A program made the translations under genes and the position numbers. From NCBI RefSeq assembly GCF_001194135.2, contig NC_069000.1, positions 36,589,668 to 36,640,324 on the forward strand: a stretch of 50,657 nt of DNA. Direction: 5' to 3'. Below the pieces are notes generated by a model. The model saw only the letters and a list, made by a program, of their open reading frames with translations, had not been told where the DNA came from and ran no database searches. The first letter of the stretch is position 1, and each line of letters starts with the position of its first letter. Shown here piece after piece: positions 22,991 through 35,560 of the stretch. Source of the DNA: Octopus bimaculoides (lineage: Eukaryota).

Positions 22991-24497
22991 TTGTGGCTGG
23001 TAGCTAAGTGCCTGAAATTTTTCAGCATTGAACTGCATGGTGTTTTCTTTAGCCCATTTATATATTGCACTCTGGTAGTTTTATACTTTTGTGTTATGCT
23101 GGTGGCATGTAAAAGCACCCACTACACTCTCGGAGTGGTTGTCGTTAGGAAGGGCATCCAGCTGTAGAAACTCTGCCAGATCAGATTGGAGCCTGGTGCA
23201 GCCATCTGGTTCGCTAGTCCTCAGTCAAATCGTCCAACCCATGCCAGCATGGAAGGTGGACGTTAAACGATGATGATGATGATGATGATTATTAATCCAG
23301 TGGTTGGGACATGAATTAACATGAAATTTTGATGGGGAGACTTTACTGTAAATCACTTCAAAACAGGAAGTTTGTGTTATAAGACCAGAGGCAGTATCAG
23401 ATGGGTTCATATCAGAAGGATAAAATAAGGCTGGGCAACAATTCACATGTAGAACAACTTCCAAGTAGTACTTTTACAAAATTTCCTGTCATGCCTTGTT
23501 GGCAGTTTGTGACAATCTCTTATTGATCCTTTTGAGACACTGTTTTGGTATGTGTAGCCAAAAAGACCAAAATGTTTTTTTTCTGTTGAGATTGAAAATT
23601 ATGGGTGCTTGTAGAAAACAAAAGGATAAAGTGTCTAAAACTATTTTATTAGTATGTCAAACTACGTATACTCTTTACTCTCTTTTACTTGTTTCAGTCA
23701 TTTGACTGCTGCCATGCTGGAGCACCGCCTTTAGTCGAGCAAATCAACCCAAGGACTTATTCTTTGTAAGCCTAGTACTTATTCTATCGGTCTCTTTTGC
23801 CGAACCGCTAAGTTACGGGGACGTAAACACACCACCATCAGTTGTCAAGCGATGGTGTGGGGACAAACACAGAGTTTCTTTCAGTTTCCATCTACCAAAT
23901 CCACTCACAAGGCATTGGTTGGCCCAAGGCTATAGTAGAAGACACTTGCCCAAGGTGCCACGCAGTTGGAATGAACCCAGAACCATGTGGTCAGTAAGCA
24001 AACTACTTACCACACAGCCACTCCTGCACCCATCAAAAAATATGGAACACTTCACAAATTTGCGTGTCATTTTATCTGCTGAAAGATGACCTCTGGCTAT
24101 TATACTTCAAAACATTTGTTTCATCAGGCTGATGGATCAGCCTCAGAGTTTTTTCAGCTTGTATCACTTAGTCTGATCAATTGACCAGGATGTCCCAAGA
24201 GGGTTAATTCAAGTCCCTTTGGTATGTTACAAGAACTGTTCGATTGTTAATTGTCAAATGTTTCTCATTTTCATATTCCAACCAAAATCAGTCTTTGGAA
24301 ACTTAGATACTTTTTCATTGAATTATTTCTTCAAATCTAGTAATATGTTTTTTTCCTATTGATAAAATGTTATTTCTACATAAAACAATGAATAGTACAA
24401 CTTATAAGGCACCCTGTCCATTGCAGAATATTGATGTATGCAGCAGGCGAAAATACATTGCTAATATGTAGACGTGACATGGCTTTTTAGAACAAAG

Positions 24498-24538
24498 ATG
24501 GAAAATAGGTTCAAAATTACTCAATCAACAATAGAAAG
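24498..24538 (+). CDS. USF3: USF3-like gene, probable first coding exon (MENRFKITQSTIE-S); the exon likely begins at 24427 or 24491
   Basis: ATG at 24498 in AAAGATGG context; strong donor AAG|GTAAGT at 24539. The 41 nt (13 codons + 2) are in phase with the acceptor at 31436. Acceptors TTGCAG (24426) and TTTTAG (24490) lie upstream. Confidence 0.7.
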
Positions 24539-27500
24539 GTAAGTGTGTGTATAGTGATTCTTTGTGAATTGAATTTATGTCTGAAATTATCAAAACATTT
24601 GGTAAGGCATTTTGTGTTAATCATTAAATAATTGAACTTCTACAAGCTTTTTAATCAGTAGTTTTGAGCCTTTAGCTTTCAGATTACTGTCATGCCAGAC
24701 AAAATGTTTAGCATTTCCGTCCATCTTTACATTCTGAGTTCAAATTCTGTTGAGGTTGACTTTGTCTTTCATCCTTTCGGGGTCAATGAAATAAGTGTCA
24801 GTTGAGCACTGGGTTCGATGTAATGTGACACCAGCAGGAGGACTTTTTATGTGGCACCAGCACCGGTGCTTTTTACATGGCATCAGCACCAACAAGGTCA
24901 CTGAGTAACTTCTAAGACAAAAACCCCTTCAGCTAGGAAGGCAGCATTAAGTAAGGTGATTTAGGATATCGATTCTGCTGTTGTGGATGGGTCTCCTTAA
25001 GTACTATTCCCCTCCCCTTAAAATTTCAAGCCTTTTGCCTAACGGAGAAAGGATTATTTTTTAACTTATCATGCATTATCTTGTAGTTTTGAAATTTTGA
25101 TAGTATCATCATCATCATCATCATCATCATCATTTAACGTCCGCTTTCCATGCTAGCATGGGTTGGACGATTTGACTGAGGACTGGCAAGCCAGAAGGCT
25201 GCACCAGGCTCTAATCTGATCTGGCAGAGTTTCTACAGCAGGATGCCCTTCCTAATGCCAACCACTCTGAGAGTGTAGTGGGTGCTTTTACGTGCCACCG
25301 GCACGAGGGCCAGTCACACGGTACTGGCAACGGCCATGCTCAAAAGGTGTTTTTTTTACCTGCCACCTGCATGGGAGCCAGTCCAGCGGCACTAGCAACG
25401 ACCTCGCTTGAATGATTTTCTAACATGCCACCAGCACAAGTGCTAGAAGGCAACACTGCTTGTTTATTTTTAGAATGACATTGTAGGGTAGGTGTAAGAG
25501 GCCAGATCTAGCTGTTTTGAACATAAAACAGATCAAAAATTTCAGATACATATGGCTAGTTTAAATACTAAGGGTTTAAATTGTAATCAACTATATATTT
25601 GGTTAGACTTAATTATTGTAAAATGAAATGTTCTGGGCTACAATAGAAAATTTAAAATGATATTCATTTGTTACAAATTGGGAACCATTTTAAATTAAAC
25701 CTGTATCCAATATCTGTGAATTAACTAATAGCAAGCAATTACTTTGCGAGGATATTTGTTTAGATTAATAATTGATTTATATTGGAAAATTATTAATCAT
25801 AATCTTGATGTACATCAGAGTCTTCATCATCATTATCCTGATTGTTTTTATATCTGCTTTTTCCATGGTGGTATGGTTTAAATGAGACTTCTTGTGTCTA
25901 TTCTGTACCTGACTTGACTGGTCTTTAAAACATCATACAGTCAAGTGGCTAGCTATTTTGTTTATGTGACATGTGCACAATCATTACCACAGCCCGAGTG
26001 CAGTGTCGGTACGGAGTCACAGAGTCAAGCATGCATGTGGATAGACAGACACATATAAGTATGATGGTGTGTGGTCTAATGATGATGATGGTGTTGAACT
26101 CCTGATTGTAGAGTGTTAGGTCCAGTTCATGAACCAGGCAGAGAGCATTATGTCTTGTCAGGCTGTACCAGTCTAATTCAACTAAAAGCAAGTTCCAGCA
26201 GTAGCTGGGCTTAATATTGTGGCTGACTGGCAGACAGGCATCCTGTCTGAGGTGGATGTCTTGTATTCCCAATTGCTTCTACACTCCAGAAACGAAAATA
26301 AACTCCATCCTAAGGACTTTATATGCTTGAAACAAACTAACTTATGTCAGTTATTAGTGATGGAGGTTGCATTATTACTGAATGAGTGTGTGGGTTTAGC
26401 CGTCTGGTTACTTCGTTTAAACTGAATCTTACTGCTAAACTCTTCCTAACCTTGAAACCCCTAGTGCCATCCCATACTTACTGTTTAAAGGGTGGCATGC
26501 TGGCAGAACCGTTAGCTTGCCAGACAAAATACTTAGTGGTATTTTGTCCATCTTTATGTTCTGAGTTCAACGGGGTTGATAAACTAAGTTACCAGTGAAA
26601 CACTGGGGTCAATGTAATCGAGTGTTCCCTGCCCCCCAAAATTTCAGTTCTTGTGCCTTTAGTAGAAAGGATTATATTATTATCATATTCATTATTATTA
26701 CTATTATTATTCAGGCATGAGCTGGCAAAATTGTTAGCACTCCAAGCAAAATGAGTAGTGGTATTTCATCCATCTTTACATTCATTCTGAGTACAAATTC
26801 TGCCGAGGTCAACTTTTACTTTTCATCTTTTCTAGGGTCGATAAATTAAATATCAGTCAAGTACTGTGGTCAATGCAATTGACTATCCCTTTCCCAAAAC
26901 TTCAGGCCTTGTGCCTATAGTAGAAAGGATTGTTACTGAGTGACAGTCTTTATATCCTACTCTATTGGAGTGCCGTAATGCTGCAGCATTTGTCCTGAGA
27001 AAGTCTCTTGCATAGAAGCACAGAAATAGCAGTAACAGATGGGAAACTGTCCAGCATTGTTGTTGTTGTTGTAATGGCATTCACCTGAGAGGGCTTAAGC
27101 CAACTCTCATTCAGTTCACTGCGTCACGGGTGAGTTCATAGGAGTTTCAAAGGATGATCAGAGTCTGTGAAAACAGTTCCCATCTGTATTTGTAAACCAC
27201 GATACACAACTGGTGGCAGGTCATCCTTGTGTTATGCCTTCTTACTGCAGGATGCCTGCTGATGTGATCCAGCGCCACCAGGAAGCCAATGGGTTCCAGA
27301 ACAGACGCTGCCTGAAACTCACCATTGCCCTCTAGTGAGCTGGGTTGCAGCCCTGGGGCCGCCGGTGTCAGACCTGTCCGCCTTGGGTGGTCCTACCAGG
27401 AACTCGAAGTCCCTGATGGCATAGCTCTGACACTCACTCCTTTAACCTTCCCACGATGATGAGGTCAAGAGATGGACTTTGAGGAAGGACTGTCCTGCAT

Positions 27501-27557
27501 TGGTTGTGGAACTGCTGTATCACATGGTTTCAGTGTTCTTTGCACCTCATCAGCAGC

Positions 27558-27595
<38 letters not shown>

Positions 27596-28479
27596 TTTTA
27601 CTTGTTTCAGTCATTTGACTACGGCCATGCTGGAGCACCACCTTAAAGGGTTTTAGTCAAAGAAATTGATTCCAGGACTTATTCTTTGTAAGCCTAGTAC
27701 TTATTCTATCAGTCTCTTTGCTGAACTGCTAAGTTATGGGGATGTAAACACACTAACACTGGTTGTCAAGCGGTGATGGAGTGGGGGACAAACACATCTC
27801 CTTCATCTCAAAGATACACACACACACATACAATGGGCTTCTTTCAGTTTCTGTCTACCAAATCCACTCACAAGGCTTTGGTCGCCCTGAGGCTATAATA
27901 GAAGACACTTGCTCAAGGTGCCATGCACTGAGACTGAACCTGGATCCATGTGGTTGAGAAGCAAGCTTCTTACCACACAGCCACGCCTATGCATACATGT
28001 GTAAAATCTTATTTAATACATTTGTGGACACTCAGACGTAGGAAGCCCTTTCACAGCTAAAATAAAAAATTCTCCCCACAGACAACGTGTGTGAAAACAC
28101 ATTGGGCCATTAATGACATTATCAGGTTGTAGGACACATGTATGTCTGTGTCATCAATTTTCATCAGCCAATCTTATATCAGCAAGCTGGCAAAATCGTT
28201 AGCGTGCCAGACAGAATGTATAGCAGTGTTTCAACCATCTTTATGTTCTGAGTTCAAATTCTGCTGAGGTCGACTCTGCCTTCATCCTTTTTGGGGTCAA
28301 GAAGGAAACCCCCCAAAAAAACATAAAACAAAATGATGAAGACTAATCTCAGGACCTTGTACTTCACAGAAGAGGTGAGAAAGGGGCTGGAATGTCTGGC
28401 AAGATGAGGTTCTTGAGAAGCCCCACCCACCACTGCAAAACTGAATTCTGCAAACACTGTATGCATATATATATATATA

Positions 28480-28527
<48 letters not shown>

Positions 28528-28562
28528 TATATATATACACGCCCTGCCCTGCCCTGCATATC

Positions 28563-28607
<45 letters not shown>

Positions 28608-31435
28608 ACAAATGGGCATCTTACTCCATCTCCTCCTTATATATATCTCCCCCATCATACCATTTTATTTTTTCTTGCTTCCTGAAATGATTTCACTTGT
28701 TAGCCATTCTTCATCCATTAATTATTACATGTATGTATACATATATGTGTGTGTGCATGCATGCATGCATACATACACACATGTACATCATCATCATCAT
28801 CATTATTGTTCGTATTCCATGCTGGCATGAGTTGAACAGTCTAACAGATTCCAATAGATCAGAGGGCTGTGTCGTGCTCCAGTGTCAGTAATGGTTTCTA
28901 TTGTTGGATGAGATTCCTAATGCCAACCATTTTACAGAGTGCGCTGGGTGCCTTTTTCTGTCACCAGCACTAGTGAGGTTGCCGAATAGGTCACAAAACA
29001 AGACCCCGTTGTTTAGGAGAGGCTGTAGTATTGAAGGGGATGGCTTTATGCCAGATGTTGAAAGGTAAGAGTATGATGGGGGATAAGAACAGCAGGTATA
29101 TTGCTATAGAAGAGATACGTGGCTACCATAGCAAGAAAAAGGGAGTGATGATAAGTTGTCACAATGTACCCCTAAGGTCGAAGAGGGTCAATGTGATGGG
29201 GACAGGGACAGAGGGTACAGGTGAGGTAGTTTGGGATAGAGGAGCAGACAAGTTTACAAGAGTGTGAGGTGAGTGGCATATGGTTAGAGAAGGAGATATA
29301 GGTGATGTGGTGGACAGCAAACAGGGTAGGGTGCATTGTCAGTTGTGAATATCATTTTGGGGGAAGGTGAAGGAAACGGGAGTGGGTCAGGAAGGGGCTG
29401 ATATGAGATGATGTTTGATAGTGATACTCTGTAAAGTGGCTGGTGTTCGGAAGGGCGTCCAGCCATAGAAACTGTGCCAAGTCAGACTGAAGTCTGGTGC
29501 AGCTCCCCAGCTTGCCAGCACTGGTCCAACCCATGCCAGCATGGAAAACATACGTTAAATGATGGTGATGATGATAAGAGGATATTGAGAATGTGAGATG
29601 AATGAATGCCAAAGGGAAGTGGATCCAAGGAGAGGAGAACTAGTTACGTATAAATGTGGGGAATGAAATTTGTGCATCTCTGCATTCATATAATTATAAT
29701 TACAGAAGCTGAGATTCATCAGTGTCCACTGTCTTCTGAAATGATTTTGTGGACATTCTGAACAGCTCCATCTGCTTCAAACTTATCACTAATTGATGCT
29801 AATTCACGTAGGTGGATTTTTCTGAAACTTCCTCTTAAACTGTCTTTGAACTTTCATTATGGTTCCAAACTTCCAGTAGCATTGTAGGATAAATTTTTTT
29901 CTTTGTTCAAAGCTTAGCTGGGTTCTTTTCATTATTTCTAATGGGTCAAATCTGAAAAGAAATGGAAATTGAGTGAGTTATCTGCTGTTAAAGTTTGTTT
30001 ACCATGTACCCAGACCTTCTCATAATAATACTTAAGACTTTATTCAAAACTTTTGAATAAAGTTTTTGTAAATCAGGAATTTCTTCAGCTTACCTGTTTT
30101 TTCATCTCAAAATAAAAAAATGTTGGAATGGTTCTTGTAAGTAGTTAGTTTGATGTCAGTTGTATGTGTTAATTGATTTTGTTTTATACAGCTTTTAGCC
30201 ATTTGAAATCAAACTTAATATTAATACACTTATGAACATTACTCATAAATCCAAAACAATTCTTCTTGAAGTATTAATGTCCTCCAATTATTATTTGTTC
30301 AGTATTGTCTCTTGCTGTAATGCAAACCTCCATTATTTCTCTTGAATTTTAGTAATTCTTAGTAACTAAGTTTCTAAATAGTGAGCATTTCAAAGTGGTA
30401 CCACTAATTAACCCTCTTGCATTTTAGATTATTCTAATGTAATGCTTATTTATTCACATTATTTTGAATTAATCATGCATTATCACATGGTTTCAAGATT
30501 TTGATGATGTGCTTGTATATTTTTAGTATGACATTGTAGGGTAGGTGTGAGAGACCAAATCTTGGCAGTTTGAACATAAAACAAATAGAATATTTGAGCC
30601 AGATTAAATGCTAAAGAGTTTAATATTAAAAATTTCTCAACAGTAAAAAAATCTTTATATTCGTATTTCTTTTCATTAATGCTATCAGATGTTAAGATTT
30701 CTTTATATGTAATTACTGTCCATATGCTCTTTTTTTTTTTGCCCAAATATATTTATTGCTTTGGTAGTTTCGTTTAACCCATTACCTACCAGTGATCTCA
30801 TATGAGATCACTTAAAAATTACAAATTTCATAATTATCTGTCAATATTTACACATATCTAACCTTTTTGCTATATCTACTAGGTATATTTCTCTGATATT
30901 CAAATGAGGTTTGCTAATTTTTCACCCAATATCTCGCTTATTTCTATTTAAAATGTTATTTTGATCATTCCAGCGTGTTTCTAAGGCTGTTTTATGCTAG
31001 AAATCAAAGTTTCATAAAAAAAATTCCAGTTAATAGAATTATGGGAGGTAATGGGTTAACACTTTACCAAGTAAAACTCAATTTGCTGTATAAAATTCTA
31101 GTTTTATATTTTGTTGTCAAGCAGTCACATGAAAATAACTTCACTTACCTTATTTGATGGCATATACATCACACTTTCTGTTTGCACCCAAAATGTCTCA
31201 AAAAATTGCCTTAGGTCCTATATATGAAGTTGAGCCTCCCATAAGTTTTAGTGCACTAAAATCTTTTTCCAAAAGTATGCTTTACTGAAATTGGAATGCA
31301 TCTAATAAGCCCATGTGTCTTTTATGACATTAAATATGATGATTTTAGAATAGAATTATAGCTTCTTTTGAAAGATATTTTATTTTCTAAAATCTTTATA
31401 TATAAGAATTTCCTCTTTATTTTGTGAATTTCTAG

Positions 31436-31562
31436 TACCACTGAACAAGATCAGAAACGCATTATTCACAACAATTCTGAAAAGCAGCGGAAAGAGAAAA
31501 TCAAGTCTAAAATTGAAAACATTGGTCACCTTTTGCCCCGAATAAGAAATAATGAAAAGCAG
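31436..31562 (+). CDS. USF3: USF3-like exon: basic region and helix 1 of the bHLH (TTEQDQKRIIHNNSEKQRKEKIKSKIENIGHLLPRIRNNEKQ)
   Basis: Acceptor TTCTAG| and donor CAG|GTACT; 127 nt open. HNxxExxRK-x-KI-x3-I-x2-IG-x-L-x-P matches the USF3-type bHLH as recalled (human THNAVERHRKKKINAGINRIGELIP). Confidence 0.9.
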
Positions 31563-33364
31563 GTACTATTTTTACTTAATGTTTATAAAAACAAACAAAC
31601 AAACACAAGTAAACTGAGTAAACCGAAGCATGATTTAATGCAAGGAAATTACTTTGTAATCATTTGTAGTCAGTGATAACAAGTGACCGAGACCATTGCC
31701 AGTGTCATGTAAATGGCACCCGTACCAGTGGCACATAAAAAGCACCCATTACACTCTTGGAGTGGTTGGTATTAGGAAGGGTATCTCGCCGTGGAAACCA
31801 TGCCAAATCAGACTGGGAGCTGGTGCAGCTCTCTGGCTTAACAGTTCCAGTCAAATCATCTAACCCATGCCAGCATGGAAAACGGATGTTAAATGATGAT
31901 GATGTAACAGAAACATCTTTCTGCCATCTCCAAAATGGAACCACTTATGGATGACCTATGTTCTATAGTTTTTGTCCGCAAAGGAGTTTAAATGAGTTGA
32001 TATTGAAGTTCAGAGAATGTGAATAGTTCGTTTCTTTTGAATTTCTCTGTCCGTTTTAGGAAGTTTATTCTTATTGAGAACTGTATGTTGTTGATGTCGT
32101 GAAAATTTTATGAACTTTCATGAAAATGTGGCGGGTGTGGTTGTGTGGTTAAGAAGTTTGCTTNNNNNNNNNNNNNNNNNNNNNNNNNNNNNNNNNNNNN
32201 NNNNNNNNNNNNNNNNNNNNNNNNNNNNNNNNNNNNNNNNNNNNNNNNNNNNNNNNNNNNNNNNNNNNNNNNNNNNNNNNNNNNNNNNNNNNNNNNNNNN
32301 NNNNNNNNNNNNNNNNNNNNNNNNNNNNNNNNNNNNNNNNNNNNNNNNNNNNNNNNNNNNNNNNNNNNNNNNNNNNNNNNNNNNNNNNNNNNNNNNNNNN
32401 NNNNNNNNNNNNNNNNNNNNNNNNNNNNNNNNNNNNNNNNNNNNNNNNNNNNNNNNNNNNNNNNNNNNNNNNNNNNNNNNNNNNNNNNNNNNNNNNNNNN
32501 NNNNNNNNNNNNNNNNNNNNNNNNNNNNNNNNNNNNNNNNNNNNNNNNNNNNNNNNNNNNNNNNNNNNNNNNNNNNNNNNNNNNNNNNNNNNNNNNNNNN
32601 NNNNNNNNNNNNNNNNNNNNNNNNNNNNNNNNNNNNNNNNNNNNNNNNNNNNNNNNNNNNNNNNNNNNNNNNNNNNNNNNNNNNNNNNNNNNNNNNNNNN
32701 NNNNNNNNNNNNNNNNNNNNNNNNNNNNNNNNNNNNNNNNNNNNNNNNNNNNNNNNNNNNNNNNNNNNNNNNNNNNNNNNNNNNNNNNNNNNNNNNNNNN
32801 NNNNNNNNNNNNNNNNNNNNNNNNNNNNNNNNNNNNNNNNNNNNNNNNNNNNNNNNNNNNNNNNNNNNNNNNNNNNNNNNNNNNTTATGTGCTGTTTGAG
32901 GTCCACTGTTCCAGAAAAAGAGAATTATTTCATGTTCTCTCAAATGTTTACAAAGTCCTTTTGGCAACAACTTCTTTTCCGTGTAATTCATGGACAGAAA
33001 TAAAAGCTATGCCAGGTTTTGCTCAAAAATATGACAGAAAACAGCTTTTGTTAAGAATACAGTAACTGGGGTAGCTTATATTGCTAAACACCACCTCACT
33101 TTCTTTCTTGAAATATCCTTAAAACAGTTGTTTTAATTAGTTTTCTCACCTGCAAATGTTCCTCTGCAACACACCAACTCACCAACATTCCAAAGAAAGC
33201 TTTTGCTCTCATCATATCATCTGACCAATTCCTTATCAAAGAAATTCACTTCATATCTTCCTACTACACAACAGCTCCTGTCTCTCTCAAACTGTTTGAG
33301 ATTTCAAATTGGTCAACTGGTCAGAGGTCCAATAGTTTTACACAGACTACCCCATGGCCCTGTG

Positions 33365-33955
33365 TGTGAAGGCACATGGCTCAGTGGTTAGAGCAACAGG
33401 CTCACAACCCAAGGTAGTGAGTTTGATTCCTGAACTGGGCTTTGTGTTGTGTTCTTGAGCGGGACACTTCATCTCATGTTGTTCCAGTTCAATCTGCTGT
33501 AGAAATGAGTTGTAACATCACTGGTGTGAAGCTGTATCGGCCTTTGTCTTTCTCTTGGGTAACATTGGTGTCGTGAAGAGGCGAGACTAGGTGCAACCCC
33601 ACGGTCATTCATGATCGAAGGGGGTCTTTTCCCTTTACCCTGTGTACATATAATGGTGTGGAGAGGGGAGGTTAGTATGCATGGGCAACTGACTGCTGGT
33701 CTTCCGTAAACAACTTTGCCTGGTCTTGTGCCTCAGGGAGGAACTCTCTAGGTGCAATCCCGTGGTCATTCATCACTATAGGGGGTCTTTACCCATTATC
33801 CTATGTACATATAATGGTGTGGAGAAGAGAGGTTGGTATACATGGGCAACTGCTGGTCTTCCATAAACAACTTGGCCTGGTCTTGTGCCTCATGGGGGAA
33901 CTTTCTAGGTGCAATCCCATGGTGATTCATCACCGAAGGAAGTCTTTACCTTTTT
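33365..33955 (+). mobile_element. tRNA-derived SINE family E with a tandemly multiplied 3' module
   Basis: A box TGGCTCAGTGG and B-box-like GTTTGATTCC; three copies of ...TAGGTGCAA(T/C)CCC...GTCTTT (ending about 33630, 33790, 33950). Related fragment at 49615-49810. Confidence 0.7.
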
Positions 33956-34679
33956 TGTCCTATGGTCCATAATAGTAAATGTGGTTCATCTTTGGTCTAT
34001 CTCTTATGGTTGTGTCGTATACACATGTATGCATCTTTTATTTTTTACTTGTGATTGACCATTTTAGTCAAGTGAATTGACGTCACTGCTTATTTATTTG
34101 ACAACCGATGCTAGTGTATTTACGTCTCTGTAACTTAGCGGTTCGGCAAAAGAGACTGATAGAATAAGTACTAGGCTTACAAAGAATAAGTCCTGGCGTC
34201 AATTTGCTTGACTAAAAGGTGGTGCTCCAGCATGGCCGCAGTTAAATGACTGAAACAAGTAAAAGAGTAAAGCTTGGTATTTATTCAATTGTTCTCATAA
34301 AAGAGTAAAAGAATAAAGCTTGGTATTTAATTGTTCTCTTTTGCCAAACCACTAAGTTACAAGGACGTAAACACACCAACACTGGTTGCCAAGCAGTGGT
34401 GGGGGACATACACAAACAATGAGACACACACACCTCATCTCCTCCTATCCACTTATGCACAAAATGCAATTATTGTATTAAGCAAAAGATATCAGTAAGC
34501 AATAGTTTTGTAATTCTTCTTTTATTTTTACTTGTTTCAATCATTTAACTGTGGCCATGCTGGATCACTGCCTTTAATTTACATTTTTTTTATACTAAAG
34601 AATTGCCTTTCATAATCTCTACATGAGATTTATCATTTGTTCTATTTAATTTTTTTTTTTTTAATTTGTTTTCTCAGTA

Positions 34680-34948
34680 GGAAATCACACCCACATTGGC
34701 TGACCAGACTGTCAGACATTGTTACACATTATTAATCACAGTATGCTTTGCATGGTTTTACCTTTCAAATGATGCCACTCTGCTGGTTGGATGAGCAGGC
34801 CAGCATTCATTCCCACTGATTGAAAGGGAAACTGGAGCAATATGAAATCAAGTGTTTTTGCTCAAGAACACAACATGCTGCCCAGTCTAGGAATCGAACC
34901 CAAAATCTAGCGATCACCAGTGCAACACTTTAACCACTAAGCCACGTA
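34680..34948 (-). mobile_element. tRNA-derived SINE with CORE/V-like centre
   Basis: Minus strand TGGCTTAGTGG...GGGTTCGATTCC...GTTCTTGAGCAAAAACACTT...TTGCTCCAGT. Confidence 0.6.
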
Positions 34949-34961
34949 GGAAATATATATA

Positions 34962-35073
34962 TACAGGGCACCCACAAGGTCTGGGTACATGGAGTAAATA
35001 AAATCATAAGAAATAATAATTTCTTAAAGTATGTGTTAATCCCCATGTACCCAGACTTTGTGGACACCCTTAT
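34962..35073. mobile_element. Short Tc1/mariner-type MITE
   Basis: TIRs of about 30 bp (CAGGGCACCCACAAGGTCTGGGTACATGG / CCATGTACCCAGACTTTGTGGACACCCT) with TA flanks. Confidence 0.7.
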
Positions 35074-35125
35074 AACAAAGTAGGAAATATATATATAACA
35101 AATACAATTATTTTATTATTTTTAG

Positions 35126-35222
35126 AGTACACTGGCAATATTGGAGCGAGCTGCTGATTATATTACAGAAATACAGGATAAAAATGACCAATTGATGTGT
35201 GATAATGGAGTGGAAGTTCAAA
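35126..35222 (+). CDS. USF3: USF3-like exon: helix 2 (STLAILERAADYITEIQDKNDQLMCDNGVEVQ)
   Basis: Acceptor TTTTAG| and donor A|GTAAGT; 97 nt, phase 0 to 1. Resembles recalled human SKNMILDQAFKYITELKRQNDELLLNGGNNEQ. Confidence 0.9.
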
Positions 35223-35244
35223 GTAAGTATAATAAATTTGATTT

Positions 35245-35453
35245 CAAATTTTGGCACAAGGCCAGCAAATTTGGGGGAGGGAATGAGTCGATTACATTGA
35301 CCCCAGTGCTCAACTGGTGCTTACTTTACTGATCCCAAAAGAATGAAAGGCAAAGTTGACCTCGGCAGCATTTGAACTCAGAACATAAAGATGGACAAAA
35401 TGCCGCAAAGCATTTTGCCTGGTGTGCTACTGATTCTACCAGCTCGCCGCCTG
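35245..35453 (-). mobile_element. Nin/Deu-core SINE with a 10-bp TSD immediately downstream of a USF3 splice donor
   Basis: TSD AATTTGATTT at 35235-35244 and 35454-35463. Confidence 0.8.
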
Positions 35454-35560
35454 AATTTGATTTTTAACTTAGTCAATGAAGATGTAGTCAAAGCCTAGCA
35501 TTTTTATTTCATCTGCATTTTATGTCCTTTTTTTTTTTATCCCTTGCTTACATGGATTGA

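Noticed and set aside
24110-24190. CTGATGA on the minus strand next to an AGGCTGAT/ATCAGCCT hairpin, a possible hammerhead
   Set aside because: No correctly placed NUH, stem III or stem II.
25950-27560. GC-richer stretches that may be further retroelement remnants
   Set aside because: I could not assign a family or boundaries; a repeat-database search is needed.
30791-30812. Perfect 22-bp palindrome AGTGATCTCATATGAGATCACT
   Set aside because: Sits just inside a TTAACCCATT terminus and is probably part of a common MITE end; no independent evidence of function.
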